Positions 29,378 to 39,999 of a stretch of DNA of 64,000 bases are shown one piece after another. This DNA comes from a virus (lineage: Duplodnaviria; Caudoviricetes). Below the pieces are notes generated by a model. That model had not been told where the DNA came from and did no database searches. It saw nothing but the letters and a program-made list of their open reading frames with translations. Within the stretch, counting starts at the first letter, position 1. Every line of letters begins with the position of its first letter. The position numbers were made by a program, and so were the translations under genes. The stretch spans positions 224,001-288,000 of IMG/VR virus record IMGVR_UViG_3300011989_000257; one strand, 5' to 3'.

Positions 29378-30931
29378 TTAGAATTTAATATCATTACTGA
29401 ATTTCTCACTCACTTCTGTCTCGAATAACGAGAAATCAACATTAGACTTCTCACAAATGCTCTTGATAGCCTCAAGAACCTCATCCTTAATTGCTAAGAT
29501 ATGTCCATCATAACGATTGACTATATACTTAACCATATCAAAAGTAAGTTGCTCATCTTTAGTAGCGGTTGTCTTGTTAGTATTGTAGCTACTGCCAGTA
29601 TTGTAATAACCGCCTCTACGCTTAGAGTCACCAAGGCTTTCTAGCATTTTGGTGTCATCAACATCAACACGAACCAAATAACCGTTTTCCCTCTTGTAAG
29701 TGCCTTTAGATGCGCTCCAAGTGGTAGAGCTATGCTTCAAATAGTGACGTGTGCAACCAATATGGTCAATCAATGCAAGACCCATTCCGCAAGCATGGTC
29801 CATATGCTCCATGATAATGTATTCACTTTCTGAATGGGCAAGATAACCACCATTACCAAAGTTCATGCACATAACCCCAGTCTGCTTGCGAATCTCCATG
29901 ACATCGGTGATTGGTTCTGAATAGAAACAATCCTTAAGACCCCATTCATCGCATACTGGCTTCATCCACTTCTCATAGAACTCATAAGAGAAGAGTTTAA
30001 CACCATTACATGACCATGCTGCTCTAATAAGCTCTGGAGAGTCATAACCAATGCAATAACCTACATCATTGAACCAATCCTTATCCAACTCTTTAGAACC
30101 AAGGCATCCAATTTCTTCGCAAAGGAAGAAACAAGCCTTAAGTTTTTCAAGATGCTCAAACATTGAGAGGCAAATGGCAACGCCACCCTTATCATCAGCG
30201 CCAATACCAATTTTATCTTGCCCCTTATCATCAACATATACTTTATGCTCGTTATCCTTAGTTAATTCACATTTGAAGTCAAGATTTACACCAGCACGGA
30301 TATAAGGTTCTTGCCTATGCTGAACTGTGTCAAGGTGAGAAGTAACGCAAGGATAATATTCGCCCTCAGCAAGTTCACCCTTTGTAAGATATACATTTCC
30401 GTAATCGTCAAAATCATATTTAATGCCGTTACGTCTTGCAAACTGGATAATATAAACTACCAAGCGAAATTCGTTTCTACTATCAGTAGGAATGGACATG
30501 GTTTCCAAAATAAAATCCTTATTGATATATGCCAAATCCATGTCATCATCGATTGGGTTATGTTTCTCTTCAGCTACTACCACATTGTCTTCTTCACTAG
30601 AAGAGGCTTCTGACTCTTTCTGTGCTTTTTCATGTGATACTATTTCAGTAATTACCATATCGCCATTTTTCTTCTCAAGACGAACCTTTACGGTATCACC
30701 AACCATTGGTTTCTCCTTAAACTTATCATAAGGTAAAGTTCCTCTATTCTTGTCATCATTGTCAAATTTGACAGTGACCTCTTTGTCAAGGATTAATGAA
30801 ACAATCACACCGCTTATGATGCTATTCTCTTCATTTGGTGTAACTGTCTTGGTCTCTTTCAGTTCACCTTCTTTTGGAGTGGCATTAACAACACCCTCTT
30901 TTTTCTCGTTTAAATCTTTAGAGTCATTCAT
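29378..30931 (-). CDS. M20/M28 family zinc metallopeptidase with N-terminal S1/OB-like region
   Basis: SHLDTV, GADDKGG, EEIGCLGS, GYD, AH. Confidence 0.85.
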   Translation of the reverse strand: MNDSKDLNEKKEGVVNATPKEGELKETKTVTPNEENSIISGVIVSLILDKEVTVKFDNDDKNRGTLPYDKFKEKPMVGDTVKVRLEKKNGDMVITEIVSHEKAQKESEASSSEEDNVVVAEEKHNPIDDDMDLAYINKDFILETMSIPTDSRNEFRLVVYIIQFARRNGIKYDFDDYGNVYLTKGELAEGEYYPCVTSHLDTVQHRQEPYIRAGVNLDFKCELTKDNEHKVYVDDKGQDKIGIGADDKGGVAICLSMFEHLEKLKACFFLCEEIGCLGSKELDKDWFNDVGYCIGYDSPELIRAAWSCNGVKLFSYEFYEKWMKPVCDEWGLKDCFYSEPITDVMEIRKQTGVMCMNFGNGGYLAHSESEYIIMEHMDHACGMGLALIDHIGCTRHYLKHSSTTWSASKGTYKRENGYLVRVDVDDTKMLESLGDSKRRGGYYNTGSSYNTNKTTATKDEQLTFDMVKYIVNRYDGHILAIKDEVLEAIKSICEKSNVDFSLFETEVSEKFSNDIKF

Positions 30932-31033
30932 TTCTAAAATACGTTTGATTATTTTTTTTGCAAAGATATAGTATTTTTTTAATTAAACCAAAATATTGCG
31001 TAAAGTTTAACATTAATTAAGCATATAAATCAA

Positions 31034-31279
31034 TTATTCCACTATTGCACATTGTACTAATGGTGAACGTGGTAATACGGGCGCAATTTGTATTCTGTAT
31101 TCTTTCCTCTTACCTATCGTAATGGATTTTTCTTTATTGCTCCCTTCTTTTACAATATTAACGCCTATTTTATATCCTAAACTTTTAATTAGACTAATTC
31201 TGAAATCTATATCACGAACATGGTCAATGAAGTAACATATATCTCTATAGTCTCTTTGAAACTTATCTTTTTTGCTCAT
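31034..31279 (-). CDS. Hypothetical protein
   Basis: ORF in operon. Confidence 0.6.
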   Translation of the reverse strand: MSKKDKFQRDYRDICYFIDHVRDIDFRISLIKSLGYKIGVNIVKEGSNKEKSITIGKRKEYRIQIAPVLPRSPLVQCAIVE

Positions 31280-31635
31280 TTTATAATTGAATTAAGCAAA
31301 ATCTTTTTGTCACTAGGGGATAGTCTGAACCATTTGCTTGAAAAAGATGAAAGACCAAATTTATTTTTTAATTTTGTCTTTTCCTTATTCGTCATCGAAT
31401 CATATGTACGAATCAATTCACCTTTTACAAGAATATTAGTTTGATTTTTAGAGAGATTAGAAAATTCATCATCCCAATTAGCCAACGGCAAACCAAGTTT
31501 ATTAAAAATGTGTTTATATTTATGGCTTGAACGAATTTTTTCAGCACTAGATTTTGAATCCCATTTTTCCCTTGCTCTATTTACAATGACCTCACGTGAC
31601 AATAAAGTATCTGTGATTACATTGTTTTCATTCAT
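31276..31635 (-). CDS. Hypothetical protein
   Basis: ORF in operon. Confidence 0.6.
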   Translation of the reverse strand: MNENNVITDTLLSREVIVNRAREKWDSKSSAEKIRSSHKYKHIFNKLGLPLANWDDEFSNLSKNQTNILVKGELIRTYDSMTNKEKTKLKNKFGLSSFSSKWFRLSPSDKKILLNSIIK

Positions 31636-32167
31636 TATCTTTTTTCTTCAATAAAACTTCAAAATAAAATGATTTGTCCACGCCTTCCCAAGAACTTACC
31701 TGAGCCATAGATTTGTAATAAACATACCACTCATCTTCGTTATACTCAGGAAATACAGCATCTCCATCAGCATCATCATTTACAATGGTTAACCTCATTT
31801 CATCAACAAGATTCTCTTCCATGAACTGACGATAAATGCTTTCACCTCCAATAACAAATACTTCCTTATCTCCAAAGAAAGCATCGCATAATTCAACAAC
31901 ATCTTTCACTGAATGTACAATATATACATTTTTAAATTCCGCATTAACACCATATTCCTCATTATTGGTGATTATGATGTTTACTCTGTCCTTCAAAGGC
32001 TCATTATTAGGAAGCGATTCAAATGTCTTTCTACCCATAATTACGACACTGTTTAACGTCTGGCGTTTAAAATTTGCCATATCGTTCCCAATGTGGTATA
32101 AAAGTTTACCCTCATTACCTAAAACCCTTTTTTGGTTAATGCAAGCAATAATCTTAAATTTGGCCAT
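31628..32167 (-). CDS. folA: Dihydrofolate reductase
   Basis: DMANFK, VIMGRKTFESLP, PLKDRVNIIIT, IGGESIY, GDAVFP. Confidence 0.95.
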   Translation of the reverse strand: MAKFKIIACINQKRVLGNEGKLLYHIGNDMANFKRQTLNSVVIMGRKTFESLPNNEPLKDRVNIIITNNEEYGVNAEFKNVYIVHSVKDVVELCDAFFGDKEVFVIGGESIYRQFMEENLVDEMRLTIVNDDADGDAVFPEYNEDEWYVYYKSMAQVSSWEGVDKSFYFEVLLKKKDNE

Positions 32168-32244
32168 AAAATATTTTTAATTAAATGTTTTTGCAAAGAT
32201 ATAAAAAAACTCGTAGAAAAACAAATCCTACGAGTTAATTTATG

Positions 32245-32535
32245 TTAAAACTTATACTTAAATAATCTATTCATGAGCAGTTCATTGAAAAGACGATTCG
32301 CCACCTCATTGATACCCATTTCCTTAACGTCATCGAACATAATCTTCTCATTATCAAGGAATTTTGGCCTTTTGCCCTTCGGATAAGCAACCACTTTTTC
32401 ATAAGAACCTAAATCCTCAACACGCCACTCAACATCAAGTTTGTTATACCATACCAATACTTTTTCGGAAGTATAACCAAACATTTCAAACAATAATGTT
32501 ATGTAATTTTCATCGAGTTCAATTTTTATTTCCAT
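32245..32535 (-). CDS. Hypothetical protein
   Basis: ORF in operon. Confidence 0.6.
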   Translation of the reverse strand: MEIKIELDENYITLLFEMFGYTSEKVLVWYNKLDVEWRVEDLGSYEKVVAYPKGKRPKFLDNEKIMFDDVKEMGINEVANRLFNELLMNRLFKYKF

Positions 32536-33035
32536 ATTCCGCTTTTTTTAAGTTCAAACCAATGGTTCACTATTTTTTCATTAGCAAGATTCGCACCACT
32601 ATATTTTTGAATTTCAATGCTATCAGAAACAAGTTTAACTACATAATGATATATATTTTTATTGGATGCCAAAACATCCATATATTCTTTTTCATCAAAT
32701 AATGCTAGATAAAAGAAAGTCAACTCATATACAGATACTGGCTTGAACCATTTCTTGCTTAAAAACGATTCAAAGTTACAACATCCAAAAACGTCAACAC
32801 ATTTTTTTCTATCACACCAATATGTAGTTGTGTTGTTTTTATTGGCATAATGAGTGGCAAAAAAATCGTAGGCATCTGTGTTTGTATATTCAATGAACTC
32901 CTTAACAAGATTGCATTCTTTCAATACTCTCATTGCTATACGAGCACATTTATTTGCCCTTTCTATGTCTGAAACTGATTTTTTTGTCAAATCCATGTGA
33001 TTCAATATGTTGTTCGTTTGTTCTTGTATCTTCAA
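32526..33035 (-). CDS. Hypothetical protein, paralog family A
   Basis: RIAMRVLKECNL...VDVFGCCNF; true start probably MDLTKK. Confidence 0.65.
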   Translation of the reverse strand: MKIQEQTNNILNHMDLTKKSVSDIERANKCARIAMRVLKECNLVKEFIEYTNTDAYDFFATHYANKNNTTTYWCDRKKCVDVFGCCNFESFLSKKWFKPVSVYELTFFYLALFDEKEYMDVLASNKNIYHYVVKLVSDSIEIQKYSGANLANEKIVNHWFELKKSGIWK

Positions 33036-33756
33036 AATCTTTATCCCTCAATGATGAAATGTATTCATAAAGGTTATTCCAAACTTCATATGCGTCAATA
33101 AATTTCGGGATGTATGTAGAATAAAGAATCGGATTGTCAATCTTCTGCTCCATAGTATCATCATTTATTACAAACTCATCGTTTCCGTTACCGTAAAACC
33201 AACTGTGATTCTTATGGATAACTGGAGCTATACAGATTGGCGCATAGGAAATTTTTTCATCTTTCGAAATATCTTTTTTCCTAATTAACCCATAATTAAG
33301 GTGCAGTTTTGTTTCATCATCATCGTCAAGGTATCTTTCAACTTCAAAGTAATAATGATGAAACCCTATTTCAAGAACAAAATGGAATATTCTTCCTTCT
33401 TTAACCTCTTCCCAAGAACTTCTCACTTTAGACCTCTTCTCGAAACTCATCCCTTTAGTTTCTTCATCTTGTTCTTTATAGGTGAGGACTTTACTAGAGT
33501 TCCATCTTTTCACTGATTCCCTTTTCTTATCACCATAGATACAGTTTTTACTGAACCATTTTTCTATATTACTGTTGTGGAAATCTGACAAAGAGCTAGG
33601 ATACGCATGTCTGCAATTACTACAATCATCCCATTTCTTTGTTGGGTCAATTGGGAAACACTCTCTACGGTCATATACAACCAATTCGTCTTGTCCCAAG
33701 ACACCCATTAGATAATCATAAAAATCCTTGATTTTTCCTCGTGTTATAATTTTCAT
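32950..33756 (-). CDS. Hypothetical protein
   Basis: KDFYDY N-terminus; C-terminal HGFDKKISFR motif shared with 55053. Confidence 0.7.
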   Translation of the reverse strand: MKIITRGKIKDFYDYLMGVLGQDELVVYDRRECFPIDPTKKWDDCSNCRHAYPSSLSDFHNSNIEKWFSKNCIYGDKKRESVKRWNSSKVLTYKEQDEETKGMSFEKRSKVRSSWEEVKEGRIFHFVLEIGFHHYYFEVERYLDDDDETKLHLNYGLIRKKDISKDEKISYAPICIAPVIHKNHSWFYGNGNDEFVINDDTMEQKIDNPILYSTYIPKFIDAYEVWNNLYEYISSLRDKDFEDTRTNEQHIESHGFDKKISFRHRKGK

Positions 33757-33759
33757 AAG

Positions 33760-34512
33760 TTACCTCCAATAACAATATAGGCAGTTGTGTTCACACCTAT
33801 GTGGTTTAACTTTTAATATTTCTGTCTTGTTGGCTGGGCAACCACAGCTATCCCTCTGTTCTGCTGAACCTTCAAGGATTATTTTATCTGTGAGTCCCAA
33901 TATATCAATATCCCTCTGAGATAGACAAGATATGCTTTCGATTCCAGGTTCCCCACACGCCTCAATACTTTCAAAACCACCATCGTGAGCAACTTCCTCA
34001 ATTTTGGCAGCATATTCTTTTCTCAATTCAAGTGGAGCGTGAAATTCACCACCATATAGTTCCTTGATTCCTTCCTCTTTAAAACGTTTCTTAACGTGTT
34101 TATAGTTGTCTAAGAAAGAAAACCTAAGTCTTTTGATTCCAAGCCCACTAAAGGCTGTTATAACACCTAGAGCAGTCTCTATTCCTTTCTCTGTGGGAAC
34201 TATTGGGTCAACTCTAAGAACAACATGAGAAATAGGAAATCCCTTTTCAAGTAATTCCAAAAGTTTCTTATATGTTTCTTCAGTTTTTGGCACGAATGGC
34301 TCTATACGACTTTGACCCATTCCAGTTACAGTAAGGTGCAAAATTATCTTGTTTTGGTGCTCAATTAACTTTTCGATTAAAGCATCTGTCAATCTTTTAG
34401 TGATTATAATATTCCCATCGTATAATTCATCAAATGCTTCAAGGTGAAAAGCGACCTCACTTGATTCCGTAACCCCGATTCTTTGAGATTTTTCTATTTT
34501 CTTTTTAGCCAT
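33760..34512 (-). CDS. DUF1848-like radical-SAM-related protein
   Basis: LRVDPI, C-terminal RDSCGC and CEHNCLYCYW. Confidence 0.75.
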   Translation of the reverse strand: MAKKKIEKSQRIGVTESSEVAFHLEAFDELYDGNIIITKRLTDALIEKLIEHQNKIILHLTVTGMGQSRIEPFVPKTEETYKKLLELLEKGFPISHVVLRVDPIVPTEKGIETALGVITAFSGLGIKRLRFSFLDNYKHVKKRFKEEGIKELYGGEFHAPLELRKEYAAKIEEVAHDGGFESIEACGEPGIESISCLSQRDIDILGLTDKIILEGSAEQRDSCGCPANKTEILKVKPHRCEHNCLYCYWR

Positions 34513-34596
34513 ATTTCCTAAAACAATTAAACGCTAGTTGATAACATTGTTTACAATATCATCAGCTAGCGTTATTTAGTTGCCTTGTAATCTAAA

Positions 34597-34755
34597 TTAC
34601 TTAACAACCACACTGTCAACAGTAACACTGTCAATAGAATCAACAACTGCAATACTATCAGTATCAGTTGCTGTCTGATTTGATGCAGTCTTACCACCGC
34701 AAGCTGCGAATGACATTGCAACCACCAAGGTTGCTACAAATACTAATTTCTTCAT
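34597..34755 (-). CDS. Small lipoprotein (52 aa, not in ORF track)
   Basis: MKKLVFVATLVVAMSFAACGGK...DSIAVVDSIDSV; Bacteroidota-type lipobox and DS repeats. Confidence 0.8.
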   Translation of the reverse strand: MKKLVFVATLVVAMSFAACGGKTASNQTATDTDSIAVVDSIDSVTVDSVVVK

Positions 34756-34818
34756 TTTCTTTTTTTTTTTATTAAAATAATTATTAATTTATTGAATGCA
34801 AAGATATAGAAAAATTTT

Positions 34819-35238
34819 TTAATTTCCAAATAATTCTACTATTTTTTCTATCCTTTTTTTATAAACACCTTTAAATTTATGGTATCTTTTTCTTTCTTCT
34901 TTTGTTAAAGTATAGTTACTATAACCTATATAGTGATTAAGGGCGCTTATGCAAGACCCATAACCAACCATACTATGTTTTATACATAAATAAGTTATAC
35001 CTAATATCCATCTTAAGTTTAAGATATAATAGTATACATACCCTTCTTTAGTTTTAGCCCATGCTATTCTTTCGTTAAATATATGAATAATAACTCTGAT
35101 GTCAGAAAAATCATATTCGCTTGGATAAATTTTTCTTATTGCCTCAGTATTATGTATTTTAGTGAAATGGGTGAATAATTCTTCCATTTCATTTGCCATT
35201 TCCTTACTTTCCATTACTTGTGGTTTTTTGCAAACCAT
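34819..35238 (-). CDS. Hypothetical protein
   Basis: ORF in operon. Confidence 0.6.
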   Translation of the reverse strand: MVCKKPQVMESKEMANEMEELFTHFTKIHNTEAIRKIYPSEYDFSDIRVIIHIFNERIAWAKTKEGYVYYYILNLRWILGITYLCIKHSMVGYGSCISALNHYIGYSNYTLTKEERKRYHKFKGVYKKRIEKIVELFGN

Positions 35239-35588
35239 AATTTGTTTTTGAAATCATACCATTTTACGGTTTCCAAGAAAAAAGAATTAAATTCTTCTTT
35301 CCAGTTAATACTTATAACCTTAAAATAATCATTATTACGGCTAAACTTTATCCCCTTTCCGTCCAAATTATGGCATACATTAAATATTTGTTTGTATGTT
35401 TTTGGCTCAATACCAACTGCATCATGAACAGCTAAATAAATCATGTATTCATCAAATAGTTTTTTGTTTTTTAAAAATTTAATCCATTTTCTATTTAATG
35501 AACTAGTTCTAGTGTTGTATCTAGAATTTTTTATAGCTTGTTCTACTATTGCACTTGATGTTAATGCGTTAAAAATTTTCATGAACAC
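35214..35588 (-). CDS. Hypothetical protein (family A-like)
   Basis: WIKFLKNKKLFDEY. Confidence 0.6.
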   Translation of the reverse strand: MFMKIFNALTSSAIVEQAIKNSRYNTRTSSLNRKWIKFLKNKKLFDEYMIYLAVHDAVGIEPKTYKQIFNVCHNLDGKGIKFSRNNDYFKVISINWKEEFNSFFLETVKWYDFKNKLWFAKNHK

Positions 35589-36085
35589 TTTTCAAAAATT
35601 TCCTTAATACGTTTATCGTGATTAAATGCCCACATGTAATTGTCCACCTCAGATATTTTAATCCATTTGATTTCCCCCACTTCTTTTCCTTCATTGTGAG
35701 CCTTTGAGAATGTGAAATCATCAGTTACGGCATTATCAATGAAGGCAGCAAAACGGAATGTGACATTCTGCCTATTAGCCTCTGGACTATCCTCATAACC
35801 GACTAGAGTCACAATATCTTCATCTATTAGAACGCCAGTTTCTTCATATAGTTCTCGCATGGCACAATCTTTAGTGGTTTCATTAAAATCCAAATAGCCA
35901 CAGCAACAATTCCAAAAACCTCTGAAATCGGCGGCTTCATCGCCACGTTCTGAAGCTAAAATGCACCAATTGCCTTCTTTATCTTTACAGTAGACAAAGA
36001 TGGCACATGCCATTGAACGACTGAACCACCCTATGAAATTACCTTCTTTGTCGTAACAAGGTTGATTAACTAGTTTACTATCCAT
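35579..36085 (-). CDS. Nudix hydrolase
   Basis: Nudix box GYLDFNETTKDCAMRELYEETGV. Confidence 0.9.
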   Translation of the reverse strand: MDSKLVNQPCYDKEGNFIGWFSRSMACAIFVYCKDKEGNWCILASERGDEAADFRGFWNCCCGYLDFNETTKDCAMRELYEETGVLIDEDIVTLVGYEDSPEANRQNVTFRFAAFIDNAVTDDFTFSKAHNEGKEVGEIKWIKISEVDNYMWAFNHDKRIKEIFEKCS

Positions 36086-36624
36086 TATTTTTCTTTTCTT
36101 TTAATAAAAAATATTTTGTCTATTAACTTATCTATAAAATGTGATGATGGCTTACAACTACCTATATATGAGTGATGCGTTGTTTTTGGCGCATCCATAT
36201 GGTATAGTTTCCTTGCCAATATTTTTTTCCTTACATCAAGGTCTCTTTCCATTTCAAATTCTTGGAATATATTACCCCAATAGTGTTTATTGAGTTGAAT
36301 ATCAATATATTTTGCAACTTCTTTTGTTTGATTAACTGTAACAGGTGTAAATATTACTTGGTCGAAGAATTGATACCGACCTAATTTTGCGTCTATAACC
36401 CATACGTCCTTCAAATCATTTACATATTTGTTGTATATATGTCTCTTTTTAATATATTTCAGCCAATCTATATATGGTTTATTTTTTTGTTTTTCCCTTA
36501 TATCATATCTGAGTTTTTTTAGTTTTAATCTTTTAGTCATATCATCATTATATGCCTTTATTCTAAAATGCCCAAATAAGATAAACAGTAAAGAATCATG
36601 TAACATATTATTTTTAAGCCCCAT
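36085..36624 (-). CDS. Hypothetical protein (family A-like)
   Basis: Start moved downstream of the promoter at 36636; WLKYIKKRHIYNKY. Confidence 0.6.
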   Translation of the reverse strand: MGLKNNMLHDSLLFILFGHFRIKAYNDDMTKRLKLKKLRYDIREKQKNKPYIDWLKYIKKRHIYNKYVNDLKDVWVIDAKLGRYQFFDQVIFTPVTVNQTKEVAKYIDIQLNKHYWGNIFQEFEMERDLDVRKKILARKLYHMDAPKTTHHSYIGSCKPSSHFIDKLIDKIFFIKRKEK

Positions 36625-36831
36625 ATAATATTTTATGCAAAGATACAGAAAAAAAATGAGATAAGCAAATATTTTAATAGAGTTTAACATTTAAAATGGT
36701 TAGTGCTTCACAGCACCAACCACCGAAAAGAAATTTTAATATAATCTATAGTACCTATAGCTTTCATTTTTATAAGCCTCTCCAATAGACTTAATGTACC
36801 ATTTAATGCATTTTACAAGTATCCTCATAAC

Positions 36832-37197
36832 TTATTCGATAATGTCAATCTTCCTATTACGTATGGTTGCATTTAAAAGTGTAAGGTACTTATGGTACTG
36901 CTCTTGGTTGAGAATGTACGACATATACTTTATGTTCTTGTCAATTGCATTCTTAGTTACCATAGCACGATTCGTACTGTTGCACTCTACAGCAGCAAAC
37001 ATTAAATCACTTGATAGCTCGTTGACCACTGTTTCAACAGCATCGTACTGGTCACTAGACAACTGCAAACAATCTCCAAGTTTCTTGGCGTTTACCTTAA
37101 CTTCATACTTCTCAATCTCTGCTGCGTTATTGTTCTCTGCATACATGCTAACGCTCATGGTGAACAACATCACCAACATAATTAAATACTTCTTCAT
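36832..37197 (-). CDS. Secreted Bacteroidota-type helical protein
   Basis: Signal peptide; MSYILNQEQYHKYLTLLNATIRNR. Confidence 0.7.
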   Translation of the reverse strand: MKKYLIMLVMLFTMSVSMYAENNNAAEIEKYEVKVNAKKLGDCLQLSSDQYDAVETVVNELSSDLMFAAVECNSTNRAMVTKNAIDKNIKYMSYILNQEQYHKYLTLLNATIRNRKIDIIE

Positions 37198-37608
37198 AAT
37201 AATTTTCCCTTTCTTTAATTTTTACACTTACTTATTTACTTACTTCTTTTTTTTTTTAATGTGGCCGAAATCGGTACACTTACTTCCGATTTTAACCGAT
37301 ATTCAACCACAATGCACTTACTTATAAATTAGCCTAGACTATTAATTTTCCCAAGCCATTGTTCATACATTTGGTCTTGCACTTCACTTAATATATATAA
37401 CCAAATGGCATAATGTTAATCATTTAAAATGCATTTTTTATCGAAAACTATGTACTATTTGACATATGTCAATTTAAACTGTGTGCGAACACATTGTTTT
37501 TATTTAACGATGCAAAGATATGAAAAAAATATGAGAAAACAAAAAACTGCCAAATAAATCGTCATTATTTGGCAGTTATCTTGATATGAATCAAATCATT
37601 GATTTGAA

Positions 37609-39393
37609 TCAATATACCTTATTTTCTATTGGGAATTTATACCATTCATTACTTGTAATACTCATTTTTCCCCATGAGTTGAATTGAGAATAAGCATCTT
37701 TTATACAAACCTTTTCTAATGGGTACTTAAAGTCATATGGTATCATGATTCCATGTGGGTCTTCACCTTTCTTTGATAATCTGATTTCAGTTCCCTTTGT
37801 TTTATTTATAATATAAGGTTGAGTATTCTCATCCAAAAAACTAAAATCGCTTTTAACACTTATAGCTTCAGATATTGGCTTTGCATTTTCACCAACGGTA
37901 TTTATATATTCTAATCCTTTGCCAAATAATGCATGAGCTTCTGTCTTATCATTTATAATGTTGCCGTTTATACCCTTAATGAATAGTTCATCATATGCCC
38001 CACAAGCTACAAGGCTATATTCGACCTTATTACCATTTCGTTTAGCTTTTATAACTATGTCATTCATATCATAATCACCCAATTGCGTATCTTCAAAACA
38101 ATAAGTGTAATAATTGCTTTCTAACTCTGGAATGATTATTATAGGTTCTATTCCACCTTCTACTTCAAGAATTATATCATTAAAATCAGTATCAGTACCA
38201 CTTTCCCAACACATCATAGTCTTACCGTTTATGGTAAGCCAAGCAACACGAGGACCATCAGTTCCAAGTTTAGAACTACTGAAATTAGGCCATTTATTAA
38301 TTTTATTGTTCAACCTTCCGTCTCCATAAAGTTCTCCTTGCTTTTTAGGTGCTTCAAAAGAAGTATTCGCCCTAACCATAAATCCTATCTTATACCCTTT
38401 AGGGAAATGAAATGTTCCTTCTTGAGCACTTACTGGTGCTCCATCACCGAAATAAACAAGAGCATAGGCATTACGTTTTTCAATAATATCGTCTTCGGTT
38501 TCACCGAAGTGCTTATTAAACTTTATTGCTCTATATTTAGGTAAATGACTGATATAATCAATTGGGTCTTTACCCTCTAAATCGGATTCTTTAAAATAGT
38601 AATAATAAAGTTCTGAATTCCATACTTCATTGCCATATTGCTTAGCCTTATCACATTTGTAAATTGGAGAAACAATAATTGGTTCATCACCAGTAGTTAT
38701 AGGATAAGCATTTTCATTGTAAAAACCTGACCTTTTAACTAATGGCAAATTGTTGTAACTTCTTCCATTTTTAAAATAAGAAAAAATAACACTTCTTAAT
38801 ATATCTCTATATTCATCAGAATAATTATTTGCCACCATTTTCCTATAATCATACATTGTATATAAGTATTCTTCATCAATCCACTTCCTTTGCATTGCAT
38901 ATGATTCAATAGGATTAAGAGCTATTTTAGGTGTTTCTGTTGGTAATGCATAATTTGATACACTACTTCTTGTCATTGCTTTATTTGCATATTCAGCAAC
39001 GCCATTTTCAACAACCATAATCTTAAAGTCAGATGACGTAATAAACGAAACAAACAACCCCATGATATCTTTAGGTGCATCATAATATATGGTCATATTT
39101 GTTTCACCATTAATATCATATTCATTTAGAACCTTCATAGAGGTTTCTCCATCCCCTTCCATAATTTTAGCAATAAGCTGAACTTTTTTTGTTCCACTTG
39201 GGATGTTTTTCACTAAAACCTCTCCATTTGCTGTAGTACACCAATCTTGGTCTTCACTAAATTCAGTACCAAACACAGTAACAACGTTATCCCTTATCAA
39301 ACGCTGTTCATAATCATTTTGATTTGGATATTCATGTTTTAAACAACTAGTCAAAATGACACTTACCATTAAAAACAAATATATCTTTCTCAT
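37609..39393 (-). CDS. LruC/DUF4842-domain lipoprotein
   Basis: LTSC lipobox; YCFED...DYDMNDIVI; FKYPLEK..I.DAY.QF..W. Confidence 0.8.
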   Translation of the reverse strand: MRKIYLFLMVSVILTSCLKHEYPNQNDYEQRLIRDNVVTVFGTEFSEDQDWCTTANGEVLVKNIPSGTKKVQLIAKIMEGDGETSMKVLNEYDINGETNMTIYYDAPKDIMGLFVSFITSSDFKIMVVENGVAEYANKAMTRSSVSNYALPTETPKIALNPIESYAMQRKWIDEEYLYTMYDYRKMVANNYSDEYRDILRSVIFSYFKNGRSYNNLPLVKRSGFYNENAYPITTGDEPIIVSPIYKCDKAKQYGNEVWNSELYYYYFKESDLEGKDPIDYISHLPKYRAIKFNKHFGETEDDIIEKRNAYALVYFGDGAPVSAQEGTFHFPKGYKIGFMVRANTSFEAPKKQGELYGDGRLNNKINKWPNFSSSKLGTDGPRVAWLTINGKTMMCWESGTDTDFNDIILEVEGGIEPIIIIPELESNYYTYCFEDTQLGDYDMNDIVIKAKRNGNKVEYSLVACGAYDELFIKGINGNIINDKTEAHALFGKGLEYINTVGENAKPISEAISVKSDFSFLDENTQPYIINKTKGTEIRLSKKGEDPHGIMIPYDFKYPLEKVCIKDAYSQFNSWGKMSITSNEWYKFPIENKVY

Positions 39394-39438
39394 AATAAAA
39401 AAAAATTAGTTGTTGCGTAAATGGGACTTAAACCCATG

Positions 39439-39885
39439 TTAATATAATCTTTTGTACCAATTAATTTTTGGTATAAAACCACATCCTTTAAAAAGGTATA
39501 TTATTTTGGCATCTTTTTCTCTATACCCACCAAAGAAATGCATGTTTTTATATATTTGTTCAAGTATTGAACAGAAATTATAGAAATGTTCCTCATTTCT
39601 AACCCCATCGCCTTCCAACACAATTCTAACATATACGTCATTGTTCCTATCTAAAAAATTCAATATCTTGTATATTGAAGGTGATTTATATGATATACCA
39701 TTATATGAAAAATATGGCTTACCAGAATGAGTAAAAGCAACATGTAAATCAAATGCTCTGACGTTATATAAATCATATTGAACTTCTATATCAGCAAAAT
39801 GACCTTTCCTAAAAAAAGCTTTGAATTTATCAATAAATCCTTTGGGTTTTAGGTAATTCATTGTGTGTAAAGAACCTTTAATCAT
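39439..39885 (-). CDS. PI-PLC-like phosphodiesterase homolog (short, degenerate)
   Basis: GSLHTMNYL, QYDLYNVRAFDLHV, YVRIVLE. Confidence 0.5.
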   Translation of the reverse strand: MIKGSLHTMNYLKPKGFIDKFKAFFRKGHFADIEVQYDLYNVRAFDLHVAFTHSGKPYFSYNGISYKSPSIYKILNFLDRNNDVYVRIVLEGDGVRNEEHFYNFCSILEQIYKNMHFFGGYREKDAKIIYLFKGCGFIPKINWYKRLY

Positions 39886-39999
39886 AATCTAAATTCACTA
39901 AATATTTATTATTTCCCTTTCCAATAAATATCTATGAAATAGAAAAAAGCCACACTGAACCATTATGGAACAATGTGACTTTATATTATTCAAATGAAA

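Noticed and set aside
36794-37327. 177 aa + strand hydrophobic ORF
   Set aside because: Antisense to the more credible secreted-protein gene 36832-37197
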